A stretch of DNA of 64,000 nt from Mycobacteriales bacterium (GTDB lineage Bacteria > Actinomycetota > Actinomycetes > BP-191): NCBI GenBank assembly GCA_035536235.1, contig DATLOQ010000004.1, forward strand, positions 26,922 through 90,921, in the 5' to 3' direction. Below are positions 19,938 to 28,686 of the stretch, in pieces (the stretch's first letter is position 1; each line of letters starts with the position of its first letter). Under the pieces are notes generated by a model. That model searched no databases and had not been told where the DNA came from. It worked only from the letters and a program-made list of their open reading frames with translations. A program made the translations under genes and the position numbers.

Positions 19938-19968
19938 CCGTGGCGGTCCTTCGTCTCCACCCGCGTGC

Positions 19969-20853
19969 TCATCCGGACACTGTCTCTCGAAACAGCGCCG
20001 CGGCCTCGCGGACACCCCGGTCGACGAAGCGCCGCTCGCCGGTGTCCAGCCCGTGCAGCACCTCCTCCAGCGGAAAACGCCGCCGGTAGGCGCGGGCGCG
20101 GATCCAGAAGTCGTCGTCGTCGTCGGCGTACGGCGGCAGCAGCTCGGCGACCACGGGCTCGGGCAGGTCCTCGATGAGCTGTGCTGCCTCCAGCGCCGGG
20201 TCGCCAACCTGGGCGTCGCTCCAGTCGATGACCCCGTGGAGAAGGCCGCGCGCGTCGTCGGCAAGCAGGTGACCGCGGTGGAAGTCACCGTGCAGCAGGG
20301 TGGGCGCGAAGTCCGCCGGCAGGGGCCGGCCGAGAAGGGCGCTCGCGCACGCAGCCGTGTCCCCGTCGAGCAGGGGGAGGACTTCGGCGCGAATCCGCAC
20401 GGAGACTGCCTCCCGGGCTCGCCACCACGATCCCACGTCGGCGACGGGTACGCCGATGTCACGAGCCTCGCGCACCGACACGTCGGCGAGAGCGGCCAGC
20501 ACTCCAGCGATCTGCGATCGAGCCAGCCCGCCTCGCGTCGAGCCGAACAGCTCAGCCGTCACCGGCTCGCCGGCGATGCGCCGGTAGCCCGCCCACCGGG
20601 TGCGCCCGTCGCTGAGCACGCCCTGCACCTCGATCCTGGGTACGGCGACGGCCAGGCGTGGTCGCAGCGCCGGCAGCAGGACGACCTCCATGGAGAGCTT
20701 GGTAGCGACCTGGGCCCGGCGCGGGAACCGGAAGACCCACTCGTCGCTGATCAACACGTCGAAGTCCCAGCCCGGCGAGCTCAGCTGCGCACTCGAGAGG
20801 TCGAGATCCGGTCGTCGCTGGTGGACGAGGGAGGCGGCCGTAGCCAGGTCCAT
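19969..20853 (-). CDS. Aminoglycoside phosphotransferase (APH)/kinase-like family protein
   Basis: Brenner motif LLHGDFHRGHLL and VIDWSDAQVGDPALE. It lies 31 nt upstream of the ECF sigma gene on the same strand. Confidence 0.8.
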   Translation of the reverse strand: MDLATAASLVHQRRPDLDLSSAQLSSPGWDFDVLISDEWVFRFPRRAQVATKLSMEVVLLPALRPRLAVAVPRIEVQGVLSDGRTRWAGYRRIAGEPVTAELFGSTRGGLARSQIAGVLAALADVSVREARDIGVPVADVGSWWRAREAVSVRIRAEVLPLLDGDTAACASALLGRPLPADFAPTLLHGDFHRGHLLADDARGLLHGVIDWSDAQVGDPALEAAQLIEDLPEPVVAELLPPYADDDDDFWIRARAYRRRFPLEEVLHGLDTGERRFVDRGVREAAALFRETVSG

Positions 20854-20900
20854 GGGTCGAGCGTAGGGCTGGCGCGGCCGGGTTTCGTAAGGTGACGCGC

Positions 20901-22286
20901 ATGACTGACATCCGCGACTACGTGACTCAGCACGCCGACCGGCTCTACGCCGACCTCGACGCGTGGCTGCGCATCCCCAGCATCTCCGCTGATCCTGCGC
21001 ATGCCGGCGATGTGCGGGCCAGCGCCGAGTGGGCGGCCGAGGCACTGCGTCGTACCGGGTTTCCGACCGTAGAGGTGTGGGAGACCGACGACGGGGGCCA
21101 CCCGGCTGTCTACGCGGAGCGACTGGTCGGGGCCGACAAGCCGACGGTGGTCGTCTACGGCCATCACGACGTGCAGCCGGTCGATCCCTTGGAGCTGTGG
21201 GAGTCGCCGCCGTTCGAGCCGACCGTCCGCGGCGATGACCTCTTCGCGCGAGGCGCAGTCGACGACAAGGGGCAGGTGCTCTTCCACCTGCTTGGGCTCG
21301 AGGCCGCGCTCGCGTCGTACGGCGAGCTCGGCATCAACCTCAAGGTGCTCGTCGAGGGGGAGGAGGAGGTCGGCTCGCCGCACTTCGCCGCCCTGCTCAA
21401 GCGGGAGCGCGAGCGGCTGCGATGCGACGTCGTCGTCGTCAGCGACACCGGGATCTTCGACAAGGACACCCCGTCGATGTGCACGGGGATGCGGGGCCTC
21501 GTCTACTCCCAGGTCGACCTCTTCGGGCCGGAGGTCGACCTCCACTCGGGGTCGTTCGGCGGAGCCGTGCCCAACCCCGCGACCGAGATAGCCCGGCTGT
21601 GCGCCGCGCTGCATGACGACGACCGGCACGTCACCCTGCCCGGCTTCTACGACCGCGTCGTTCCGCTGTCCGATCGAGACCGTGAGCTCATGGCCGCGCT
21701 TCCGTTCGACGAGGCGGCGTGGCTGCGCGACGCGACGTCGACGGCGACCCTGGGGGAGAGCGGCTTCACCACCCTCGAGCGGGTCGGCGCCCGGCCGACC
21801 GCCGAGGTCAACGGCATCTGGGGTGGCTACACGGGCATCGGGCAGAAGACGATCATCCCGGCCGAGGCGCACGCCAAGATCTCCTTCCGCCTGGTCGCCG
21901 ACCAGGTCCCGGCGGAGGTGGAGGAGTCGTTCCGGCAGTGGGTCGCCGAGCGGGTGCCGGCTGGCTTGCGGCACGAGGTCAGGTTCATGGGCGGGGTGCG
22001 GCCGTGCCTGACGCCGCTGGACCACCCGGCTCTGCAGGCAGCCACCCGCGCCATGGAGCGGGCGTTCGGCGGTCAGATCCTCTACACCCGCGAAGGCGGC
22101 AGCGGGCCGGAGGCTGACCTGGCCGAAGTGCTCGAGGCGCCGGTGGTGTTCCTCGGCGTCGGGCTGCCTGACGACCGGATCCACTCGCCCAACGAGAAGG
22201 TCAACCTGCCCAACTTGCTGCGGGGCGCGGAGGCGGCGGCCTACCTCTGGAAGGAGCTCGCCGACGCGGACCTCGGCCGGCCGTGA
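20901..22286 (+). CDS. M20 family dipeptidase / peptidase
   Basis: WLRIPSISADP, VVVYGHHDVQP, RGAVDDKGQ and EGEEEVGS metal-binding motifs. ATG 20901 lies 8 nt after AAGG. Confidence 0.85.
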   Translation: MTDIRDYVTQHADRLYADLDAWLRIPSISADPAHAGDVRASAEWAAEALRRTGFPTVEVWETDDGGHPAVYAERLVGADKPTVVVYGHHDVQPVDPLELWESPPFEPTVRGDDLFARGAVDDKGQVLFHLLGLEAALASYGELGINLKVLVEGEEEVGSPHFAALLKRERERLRCDVVVVSDTGIFDKDTPSMCTGMRGLVYSQVDLFGPEVDLHSGSFGGAVPNPATEIARLCAALHDDDRHVTLPGFYDRVVPLSDRDRELMAALPFDEAAWLRDATSTATLGESGFTTLERVGARPTAEVNGIWGGYTGIGQKTIIPAEAHAKISFRLVADQVPAEVEESFRQWVAERVPAGLRHEVRFMGGVRPCLTPLDHPALQAATRAMERAFGGQILYTREGGSGPEADLAEVLEAPVVFLGVGLPDDRIHSPNEKVNLPNLLRGAEAAAYLWKELADADLGRP

Positions 22287-22510
22287 GGGGATCGACGGTC
22301 TCGTCGATCCGCCGCGCCGGGGCGTTGGTGCTCGCAGTGTTCGCGGTGGTGGCCGGGGTCAACACGGCCTTCGTCGCGGCGTACGCAGTCGACCGCGGCC
22401 GACTCGCCGGTCCAGTAGGCCTCGCGGCCGGCGCGGGTGTCGTGATCACCGGTGCTCTGGTCTGGTCGGCCGTGCACCTCTGGAGTCGCCACGACGTGAT
22501 CGAAGGCTGA
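22283..22510 (+). CDS. Small two-TM membrane protein
   Basis: GTGA overlap with the M20 stop, high GC3, and two hydrophobic helices. Confidence 0.45.
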   Translation: MRGSTVSSIRRAGALVLAVFAVVAGVNTAFVAAYAVDRGRLAGPVGLAAGAGVVITGALVWSAVHLWSRHDVIEG

Positions 22511-22539
22511 GTACTAGGCGCCGGGTCAGCCGGATGCGG

Positions 22540-23373
22540 CTAGCGGGCCAGCTCGGGGGGGAGCTCCGTGGTCGGGTCGGTCACGGACTGCACCACCTGG
22601 CGGGCTAGGTCGTGCACCCGAGTGCCGCCGCGACGGGCTACTTTGCGCAGGATCTCGAAGGCCTCACGAGGCGGCGCAGATACGCGTTCGGCCAGAACAC
22701 CGATGGCCTGCTCGACGACGACGCGTGCAGCGAGGGCATGCTCGAGCTGGACGACGGACGCCCGCAGCCGCTCGACCTCGGACAGCTCGCCCGCGGTGCG
22801 CTCGGGCCGGCCGGTCAGCGCCAGGTCGTCGGCGAGCAGGTCCGCGAGGACCATGGCACTCGTCAGCGACGACTCGTGCTCGGTGTCGCCCACCGCCCAG
22901 CCGTGCGGCGTACGGCGGACCGAGACGGCGCCTTGCTCGGGGACTGCTGCCAGATGTGCGGCGACGATGCCGGCCAGCTCGGTGAGCACGCCGATCACGT
23001 GATCGTCGACCTCTACGCAGCCGTGGTCGACCCCGCACAGGGTGCCGATGACGTGGCCCTCGACATCGCGGATGGGCACCCCGACGTACGACATCACGCC
23101 GAACTTGTGATGCGCCGGCGTGTCCAGGTAGGCGGGGTCCCTTCCGGCGTCCGACGTCGACGGCGCCGCCCCGTCGAGCATCCGGCGGCAGAAGGTGGCA
23201 GAGAAGTCGATGGCGAATCCCTCGGCGATGCCCGGCCACGTCCCGGCCACCCGCTCGAAGCGATAGGCCGCCTCATCGATCGTGCCGATGAAGACCACTT
23301 CCATGTCGAGGAGGGTTGCGGCGCACGACAGTGCGGCGTCGATCACCTCGTCATACAGGGCGGCGGCGCGCAT
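22540..23373 (-). CDS. GAF-ANTAR RNA-binding antitermination regulator
   Basis: N-terminal GAF-like domain. C-terminal ANTAR helices (LEHALAARVVVEQAIGVLAERVSAPPREAFEILRKVARRGGTRVHDLARQVV). Confidence 0.8.
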   Translation of the reverse strand: MRAAALYDEVIDAALSCAATLLDMEVVFIGTIDEAAYRFERVAGTWPGIAEGFAIDFSATFCRRMLDGAAPSTSDAGRDPAYLDTPAHHKFGVMSYVGVPIRDVEGHVIGTLCGVDHGCVEVDDHVIGVLTELAGIVAAHLAAVPEQGAVSVRRTPHGWAVGDTEHESSLTSAMVLADLLADDLALTGRPERTAGELSEVERLRASVVQLEHALAARVVVEQAIGVLAERVSAPPREAFEILRKVARRGGTRVHDLARQVVQSVTDPTTELPPELAR

Positions 23374-23467
23374 GGGGGGATCCTCTCCGGTGGGGCTGGC
23401 CCATCGTGGCGCACTCTGAGCCCAGGCGGAAGTCGGGCAGCTGCTGACGACTGTCCGCGGCCGTGGG

Positions 23468-23713
23468 CTAGGCCACGCACGCCCGGATCTGGGCCGGTGT
23501 CGGGTTGGTCAGTGCGGTGCCGTCCGGGAAGAGCACCGTCGGGACCGTGCGGTTGCCGCCGTTGACCGTCATGACGAAGTCGGCTGCCTCCGGGTCGGTC
23601 TCGATGTTGACCTCCCGGTACGGCAGGGACTCGCCGTCCAGGAAGCGCTTGAGCCGCACGCAGTAGCCACACCACGTCGTGGTGTACATGACCAGCTCAC
23701 CGTCGCGGTCCAC
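23468..23713 (-). CDS. Mycoredoxin / glutaredoxin-like protein
   Basis: YTTTWCGYCVRLKRFL with a CGYC active site, and the TVPTV cis-Pro region. Positioned divergently from uvrD2, as in mycobacteria. Confidence 0.8.
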   Translation of the reverse strand: MDRDGELVMYTTTWCGYCVRLKRFLDGESLPYREVNIETDPEAADFVMTVNGGNRTVPTVLFPDGTALTNPTPAQIRACVA

Positions 23714-23821
23714 TCATTGGCTCCTCACAGGTCGACGTAGGGGGCAACCTCGCCTCCGCTGGATTTCATCCCCCGCTGGTCATCCGCGAACCCCTCCGTC
23801 GGCGGCGACTGGGAGACTGCT

Positions 23822-25891
23822 GTGGTGACGGCCGGCCGAATACTCGATGCCCTCGATCCTGAGCAGCGGACTGCCGTCCTGGCTCCCTGCGGTCCGGTCT
23901 GCATCGTGGCCGGCGCGGGCACCGGCAAGACCCGCACCATCACGCATCGGGTGGCCCATCTCGTGGCGACCGAGGCCGTGGCCCCGCAGCACGTGCTGTG
24001 CGTCACGTTCACGGCGAGGGCGGCTGGTGAGCTGCGCGGGCGGCTGCGAGCGCTCGCCGGTCGAGGCTCAGGGGTGGAGCGGGTGCAGGCGCGCACGTTC
24101 CACGCCGCGGCGCTGCGCCAGCTCACCTACTTCTGGCCCCGGGCCGTCGGCGGTGCGATGCCGTCGCTGCTCGACAACAAGTTCGGTCTCGTCTCGGCCG
24201 CCGCGGGACGCAGCGGCCTGCGGGTGAGCAACGCCGAGGTGCGCGATCTCATCGGAGAGATCGAGTGGGCGAAAGCTCGGATGTTCTCCGCTGAGCAGTA
24301 CGCCGCTGCTGCCACGGCGGCCGGTCGGGAGTCGCCCTGGCCGGTCGAGGAGGTGGCGGCGGTCTATGCGGCGTACGAGGACGCAAAGAGCCGCAACGGC
24401 CTGCACGACTTCGACGACCTGCTGCTGCTCACCGCAGGTGTGATCGAGACGCACGAGGACATCGCTGACGAGGTCCACGCGCGCTATCGGCACCTCGTCG
24501 TCGACGAGTACCAGGACGTCAACCCGCTGCAGCAGCGCCTGCTCGACGCCTGGCTCGGCGGACGAGACGACCTCTGCGTGGTCGGCGACGACGACCAGAC
24601 GATCTACTCGTTCACCGGCGCCGACCGCGGACACCTGCTCCAGTTTCCCCGGCGCTTCCCGGGCGCCACCGTCGTACGCCTGGTGCGGGACTACCGATCG
24701 ACTCCCCAGGTCGTCGAGCTGGCCAACCGGGTGATCGCCGGCGACACCACGCGTCGCGGCCCGGCGAAGACCCTCGTCGCCCAGCAGCCAGCTGGCCCCG
24801 CACCGCTTTTCGCCGAGCACGGCTCCGAGCCGGAGGAGGCCCGGTGGGTGACCGCCCAGGTGAGGGCGCTGGTCGATGCCGGCACACCGCTGTCCGAGGT
24901 CGCCGTGCTCTACCGCGTCAACGCGCAGTCGCAGGCCTACGAGGCCGCGCTGGCGGCTGCGGGCGTGCCCTACCTCGTCCGCGGCGGGGAGCGCTTCTTC
25001 GAGCGGCGCGAGGTGCGCGAGGCGGTGGCCGCCCTGCGGGGAGCAGCGCGGGTCGATGAGCCGGAGCCGCTGCTGCAGCGCGTGCATGCGGCACTGAAGG
25101 AGCGTCTTGACTGGCGGCCCGACGGGGCGCCGTCCGGCGCCGGTGCTGCCCGGGACCGTTGGGATGCCCTCGCCGCGATCGTCGGCATCGCTGCGGATCT
25201 CGCCAACGGCGACCCCACGGCCGGCCTCGCGGTCTTCGTCGCGGAGCTCGACCAGCGCATCGCTGACCAGCACGCGCCGGCGGTCGCCGGGGTCACCTTG
25301 GCGTCGTTGCACGCGGCCAAGGGCCTGGAGTGGGACGCAGTGTTCCTGGTCGGTTTGGCGGACGGCACCATGCCGATCCAGCACGCGACAACCCCGGAGC
25401 AGGTCGCCGAGGAGCGCCGGCTGCTGTACGTCGGCATCACGCGGGCCCGTCGGCATCTCGGCCTGAGCTGGGCGCTGGCCCGGGCGGAGGGCGGTCGCCG
25501 CACCCGTTCGCGCAGCCGATTCCTGGACGGGCTGGCCGGCGCGCCGGAGCGCGTGGTGGCAGAGCGCAGCGGGCGACCTCGTCGCACGGTCGCCCAGTGC
25601 CGAGTCTGCAGTGCTCCGCTGCGGGACGCGGCTGCGCGACATCTGCGCCGGTGCGCCGACTGCCCGGCCACGATGGACGAGGCGCTGTTCGAACGACTGC
25701 GGGACTGGCGCAAGGGTCGAGCCGGCGAGCTCGGGCAGCCGGCGTACTGCGTGTTCACCGACCTGACGCTGACGGCCATCGCGGAGGGGCGACCGACCTC
25801 AGTGGACGAGCTGGCCGCGATACCCGGGGTCGGGCCGACCAAGCTGGACAAGTTCGGCCAAGAAGTCCTGGCTTTGGTCTCGAATGAATAA
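23822..25891 (+). CDS. uvrD2: ATP-dependent DNA helicase UvrD2 (tetracysteine module plus HRDC domain)
   Basis: GAGTGKT, DEYQDVNP, HAAKGLEWD, CRVCSAP...CADCP tetra-Cys, and a C-terminal HRDC-like domain (AYCVFTDLTLTAIAE). Confidence 0.9.
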   Translation: MVTAGRILDALDPEQRTAVLAPCGPVCIVAGAGTGKTRTITHRVAHLVATEAVAPQHVLCVTFTARAAGELRGRLRALAGRGSGVERVQARTFHAAALRQLTYFWPRAVGGAMPSLLDNKFGLVSAAAGRSGLRVSNAEVRDLIGEIEWAKARMFSAEQYAAAATAAGRESPWPVEEVAAVYAAYEDAKSRNGLHDFDDLLLLTAGVIETHEDIADEVHARYRHLVVDEYQDVNPLQQRLLDAWLGGRDDLCVVGDDDQTIYSFTGADRGHLLQFPRRFPGATVVRLVRDYRSTPQVVELANRVIAGDTTRRGPAKTLVAQQPAGPAPLFAEHGSEPEEARWVTAQVRALVDAGTPLSEVAVLYRVNAQSQAYEAALAAAGVPYLVRGGERFFERREVREAVAALRGAARVDEPEPLLQRVHAALKERLDWRPDGAPSGAGAARDRWDALAAIVGIAADLANGDPTAGLAVFVAELDQRIADQHAPAVAGVTLASLHAAKGLEWDAVFLVGLADGTMPIQHATTPEQVAEERRLLYVGITRARRHLGLSWALARAEGGRRTRSRSRFLDGLAGAPERVVAERSGRPRRTVAQCRVCSAPLRDAAARHLRRCADCPATMDEALFERLRDWRKGRAGELGQPAYCVFTDLTLTAIAEGRPTSVDELAAIPGVGPTKLDKFGQEVLALVSNE

Positions 25892-25906
25892 AAACTGTCG
25901 GCTACG

Positions 25907-25946
25907 CGATAAATCACTTGCGGCTTTCCGGCGGGGCCCCTAACCT
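25907..25946 (+). promoter_or_regulatory. Candidate whiB7 promoter with upstream AT-rich WhiB7 (AT-hook) site
   Basis: TTGCGG (25918-25923), 17-nt spacer, TAACCT (25941-25946). An ATAAAT block ends 3 bp upstream of the -35. A second AT-rich block (GAATGAATAAAAACT) lies at 25882-25896. Confidence 0.45.
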
Positions 25947-26026
25947 CGCGCCAGCGCTGGCCGAGTGGTCAGACCGGGTCGGCTGCCAACGACTCGACAA
26001 GAGCTAGTCCGGAAGGGAGGTGCCCC

Positions 26027-26269
26027 ATGCGCAGGACCTACGTCGATACCGCGGCCGCCATCGGTCGTGGGCTTCGTGCTGCTCTCTCGCTGGGTTGCCT
26101 CTCGAACGAGAGCGCTCGCACCCGCACGCTCTCGCCCACGACCCTGCACCCGGCCGCCGATGTCGCGGCCATCCCGGCGACGACCGGTTTCGCGTTTGCC
26201 GTCACGGGCGCGAATGCCATGAAGCGCACGGGGACCCATCCGCCTCAAGAGCTGGCGGCTCTGCTCTGA
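26027..26269 (+). CDS. whiB7 leader uORF (80 codons, Ala-rich)
   Basis: Strong SD GGAAGGGAGG (26011-26020) 6 nt before ATG 26027. The stop at 26267-26269 is 21 nt before the attenuator terminator. Confidence 0.5.
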   Translation: MRRTYVDTAAAIGRGLRAALSLGCLSNESARTRTLSPTTLHPAADVAAIPATTGFAFAVTGANAMKRTGTHPPQELAALL

Positions 26270-26290
26270 CAGAGCATTGCCACCGCCTTG

Positions 26291-26333
26291 AGGCCGTGGA
26301 TCCCTTACCGGGATCCACGGCCTTTCTGTTTGT
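26291..26333 (+). terminator. Intrinsic terminator (attenuator) in the whiB7 leader
   Basis: Perfect 14-bp stem AGGCCGTGGATCCC (26291-26304) / GGGATCCACGGCCT (26310-26323), 5-nt loop, followed by TTCTGTTTGT. Confidence 0.75.
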
Positions 26334-26408
26334 CCGGCCCATTCGCCCTCCATCCCATCCACTCCGATCCGCAATCTGCATTCCATCGCTGCCTGAGGGG
26401 TGAACGAC

Positions 26409-26687
26409 ATGTTGGACCTGTTCGCGGTCGACTTACCTGACGACGTCGAGGCATCGGACCTGCCGTGCTTTCGCACGGAGCCGGACCTCTTCTTCGCCGA
26501 GTCGCCCGCTGACGTCGAGCTCGCCAAGGCGTTGTGCGTCGACTGCCCGATCCGGGCGACCTGCCTCGCCGGGGCCGTGGAGCGCCGGGAGCCGTGGGGC
26601 GTCTGGGGCGGCCAGCTGTTCGTCCAGGGCGCCATCGTCGCGCGCAAGCGGCCCCGCGGTCGCCCGCGAAAAGAAGTCGCCGCGTGA
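26409..26687 (+). CDS. whiB7: WhiB-family [4Fe-4S] transcription factor WhiB7 (C-terminal AT-hook)
   Basis: Four Cys (LPC, CVDC, ATC), the EPWGVWGG turn, and an AT-hook RKRPRGRPRK. ATG 26409 lies 8 nt after GAGGGG (the ORF opens at GTG 26400). Confidence 0.9.
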   Translation: MLDLFAVDLPDDVEASDLPCFRTEPDLFFAESPADVELAKALCVDCPIRATCLAGAVERREPWGVWGGQLFVQGAIVARKRPRGRPRKEVAA

Positions 26688-26730
26688 GCGTCGAATCCAT
26701 GAGCCACACCACAGTGAGAGGAACACCGTC

Positions 26731-26904
26731 ATGAACCTGATCCACGAGGAGCTGGCCCGCACCCATCAGCGGGCGCTGCTCCGGGACGCCGAAGTGCAAC
26801 GGGTTGCGTTGCGACTCGCCCTGGCTCGGCGCTGGGCGCGCCGCGCCGAGGCGGCCGGCCGGCGAGCCCGGGCGGCAGCCAACGCGGTCGCCGAGATCGC
26901 GTGA
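26731..26904 (+). CDS. Small Arg/Ala-rich helical protein (57 aa, not in ORF track)
   Basis: ATG 26731 is preceded by GAGAGG. My translation is MNLIHEELARTHQRALLRDAEVQRVALRLALARRWARRAEAAGRRARAAANAVAEIA. A hairpin follows at 26957-26989. Confidence 0.4.
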   Translation: MNLIHEELARTHQRALLRDAEVQRVALRLALARRWARRAEAAGRRARAAANAVAEIA

Positions 26905-26956
26905 GCGGCCCGACAGCAGCGCAACCAGCTTTCCCAGCCTCACCAGCGCCAACCGG

Positions 26957-26996
26957 AGCCCCCGGTGCCCTTCCCCGGCACCGGGGGCTTCGTCGT
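26957..26996 (+). terminator. Hairpin terminator-like element
   Basis: 13-bp stem AGCCCCCGGTGCC (26957-26969) / GGCACCGGGGGCT (26977-26989), then TCGTCGT. It shares its ends with a second element at 42175-42244. Confidence 0.45.
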
Positions 26997-27053
26997 ACCG
27001 CCGAGCACCCGGGTTAGGCTCAGCCCCCGCCGTAGACGCTGTGAAGGAGCTCC

Positions 27054-28565
27054 GTGCCGCTGCCCGACCGGGTTCTCGAGGTCTCTGGCGAACCGGCCGG
27101 ACTCGCGCCAACGCAGGAGCTGCGCCAGCGTGCGCTCGCCGTGCTCCTCGCGCCCGGTGTGGGGCACATCGTGGACCTCGTCGCTTACGCCGACGGCGAT
27201 GTCATCGAGGTCGCCAATGCCGACGGCTCGACGGCTTTCGACCGCTCGGCGCCGCACGCCGTACGACGAGTCACCGGCCGCGACCCGATCGCGCGGCAGG
27301 ATCCACTCGCCTTCGCCAGGCTGGCCGATGAGCCAGTCGCTCCGGCGAACGCCGCGAACTCCTACCCGTTCGCCCGCGAGCGGCTGGCGGGCCTCTTCGA
27401 GCACCCGGCCGCCCCTGATCTCGCCGTGGTGCACACCGCGGGCCATTACTGGCCGGAGCGCGGCGGCCATCTCGGTGAGCACGGCTCTCTCGACGTCGTG
27501 CAGTCGCGTGCGCCTCTGGTGCTGTCTGGCGCTGGAGTCGTGGAGCGCGGTCTGCTCGACCGAGCGGCGCGGACGCCGGATGTCGGCGCCACACTGCTGC
27601 ACGCCGCCGGGGTCGACACCGATGACAACGGCGGGCACCACGCTCGGCAGACCGGTGCGTCCCTCGACGATCTGGTCGCTGCAGGAGCCAAGCACGTCGT
27701 CGGGCTGCTGTGGGACGGCTGCAACAGCAACGACCTCTACGCCCTCGCCGCCTCGGGCGAGCTGCCCGCCGTGGCGAGACTGCTCGCACGAGGCTGCGCC
27801 CTGCGTGGCGGAGCGATCGCCGAGTTCCCGAGCGTCACACTCGTCAACCACACGTCGGCGCTCACCGGATGCGGCCCGGGCCGCCACGGGATCCTGAACA
27901 ACGCCTTCTACGACAGACGCTCCGCCGAGCGCGTCGTACCCAACGACTCCTCGACGTGGCACCGGGCCTGCGAGTGGCTCGAGCCGGACGTCGAGACCGT
28001 GTTCGAGACGATGGCTCGCGCCCGGCCCGGTGCGATGACGGCGTGCGTCAACGAGCCGATCGACCGGGGCGCGACGTACTCGACGTTCGGGCTGGTGCGC
28101 GCCCGGGGTCATTCCGACGGGGCCAAGAGCCTGGGCAGCGAGCTGCCCGACCCGACCGTTGACCCGCATGCGTCGGCTGAGCAGGTGGCCGCCGATCCCG
28201 GCTACGCCTGGGGTACGTCGGTGGACGCGACCGGCTTGGCGCAGGTGCTGGGCCTGTGGGCCGAGCCGGCGACGCGGCCCGCGATGATGTGGTGGAACAC
28301 CACGCTCACCGACACGGCGCACCACCTCGGCGGCCCGCACTCGGCGGTGGCGCGCGCGTCGATGCGGGACGCCGACCGCCGTCTTGGCGTGTTCCTCGAC
28401 CTGCTCGAATCGACGGGTACGGCGGACGACACGTTCGTCCTGCTCACCAGCGATCACGGCTCCGAGGCGGCTGACCCGACCTGCTTGGGAGACTGGGACG
28501 CCGCGCTGACTGCGGCCGGCATCCCCTTTCGAGACGAGGCCTACGGCTTCCTCTACCTCGGCTGA
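27054..28565 (+). CDS. Alkaline-phosphatase-superfamily nucleotide pyrophosphatase/phosphodiesterase (NPP)
   Basis: FPSVTLVNHTSALTGCGPGRHGILNNAFYD (Thr nucleophile region) and the LTSDHGSE metal site. GAAGGAG SD upstream. Confidence 0.8.
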   Translation: MPLPDRVLEVSGEPAGLAPTQELRQRALAVLLAPGVGHIVDLVAYADGDVIEVANADGSTAFDRSAPHAVRRVTGRDPIARQDPLAFARLADEPVAPANAANSYPFARERLAGLFEHPAAPDLAVVHTAGHYWPERGGHLGEHGSLDVVQSRAPLVLSGAGVVERGLLDRAARTPDVGATLLHAAGVDTDDNGGHHARQTGASLDDLVAAGAKHVVGLLWDGCNSNDLYALAASGELPAVARLLARGCALRGGAIAEFPSVTLVNHTSALTGCGPGRHGILNNAFYDRRSAERVVPNDSSTWHRACEWLEPDVETVFETMARARPGAMTACVNEPIDRGATYSTFGLVRARGHSDGAKSLGSELPDPTVDPHASAEQVAADPGYAWGTSVDATGLAQVLGLWAEPATRPAMMWWNTTLTDTAHHLGGPHSAVARASMRDADRRLGVFLDLLESTGTADDTFVLLTSDHGSEAADPTCLGDWDAALTAAGIPFRDEAYGFLYLG

Positions 28566-28686
28566 TCCGACAACCTCCGGACCGGGGCATCTCCTTTCTC
28601 CTGCTCGACCAAGGCGGCCGTCGCGGTTCGTGCGTTGGAACGAGTGACGGTAGTTCGGTTCGGGTCAGACCAGACCGCGACGACGT

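Noticed and set aside
24068-25642. 524-aa ORF on the minus strand (and the similar 24970-25917)
   Set aside because: It is antisense to uvrD2. No motifs are present, and the composition is that of a shadow ORF.
25965-26403. Alternative leader ORFs (25965-26222, 26020-26403) and minus-strand ORFs in the whiB7 leader
   Set aside because: Only the 26027 ATG has a strong, correctly spaced SD and a stop placed just before the terminator. The others lack ribosome-binding sites or run through the terminator.
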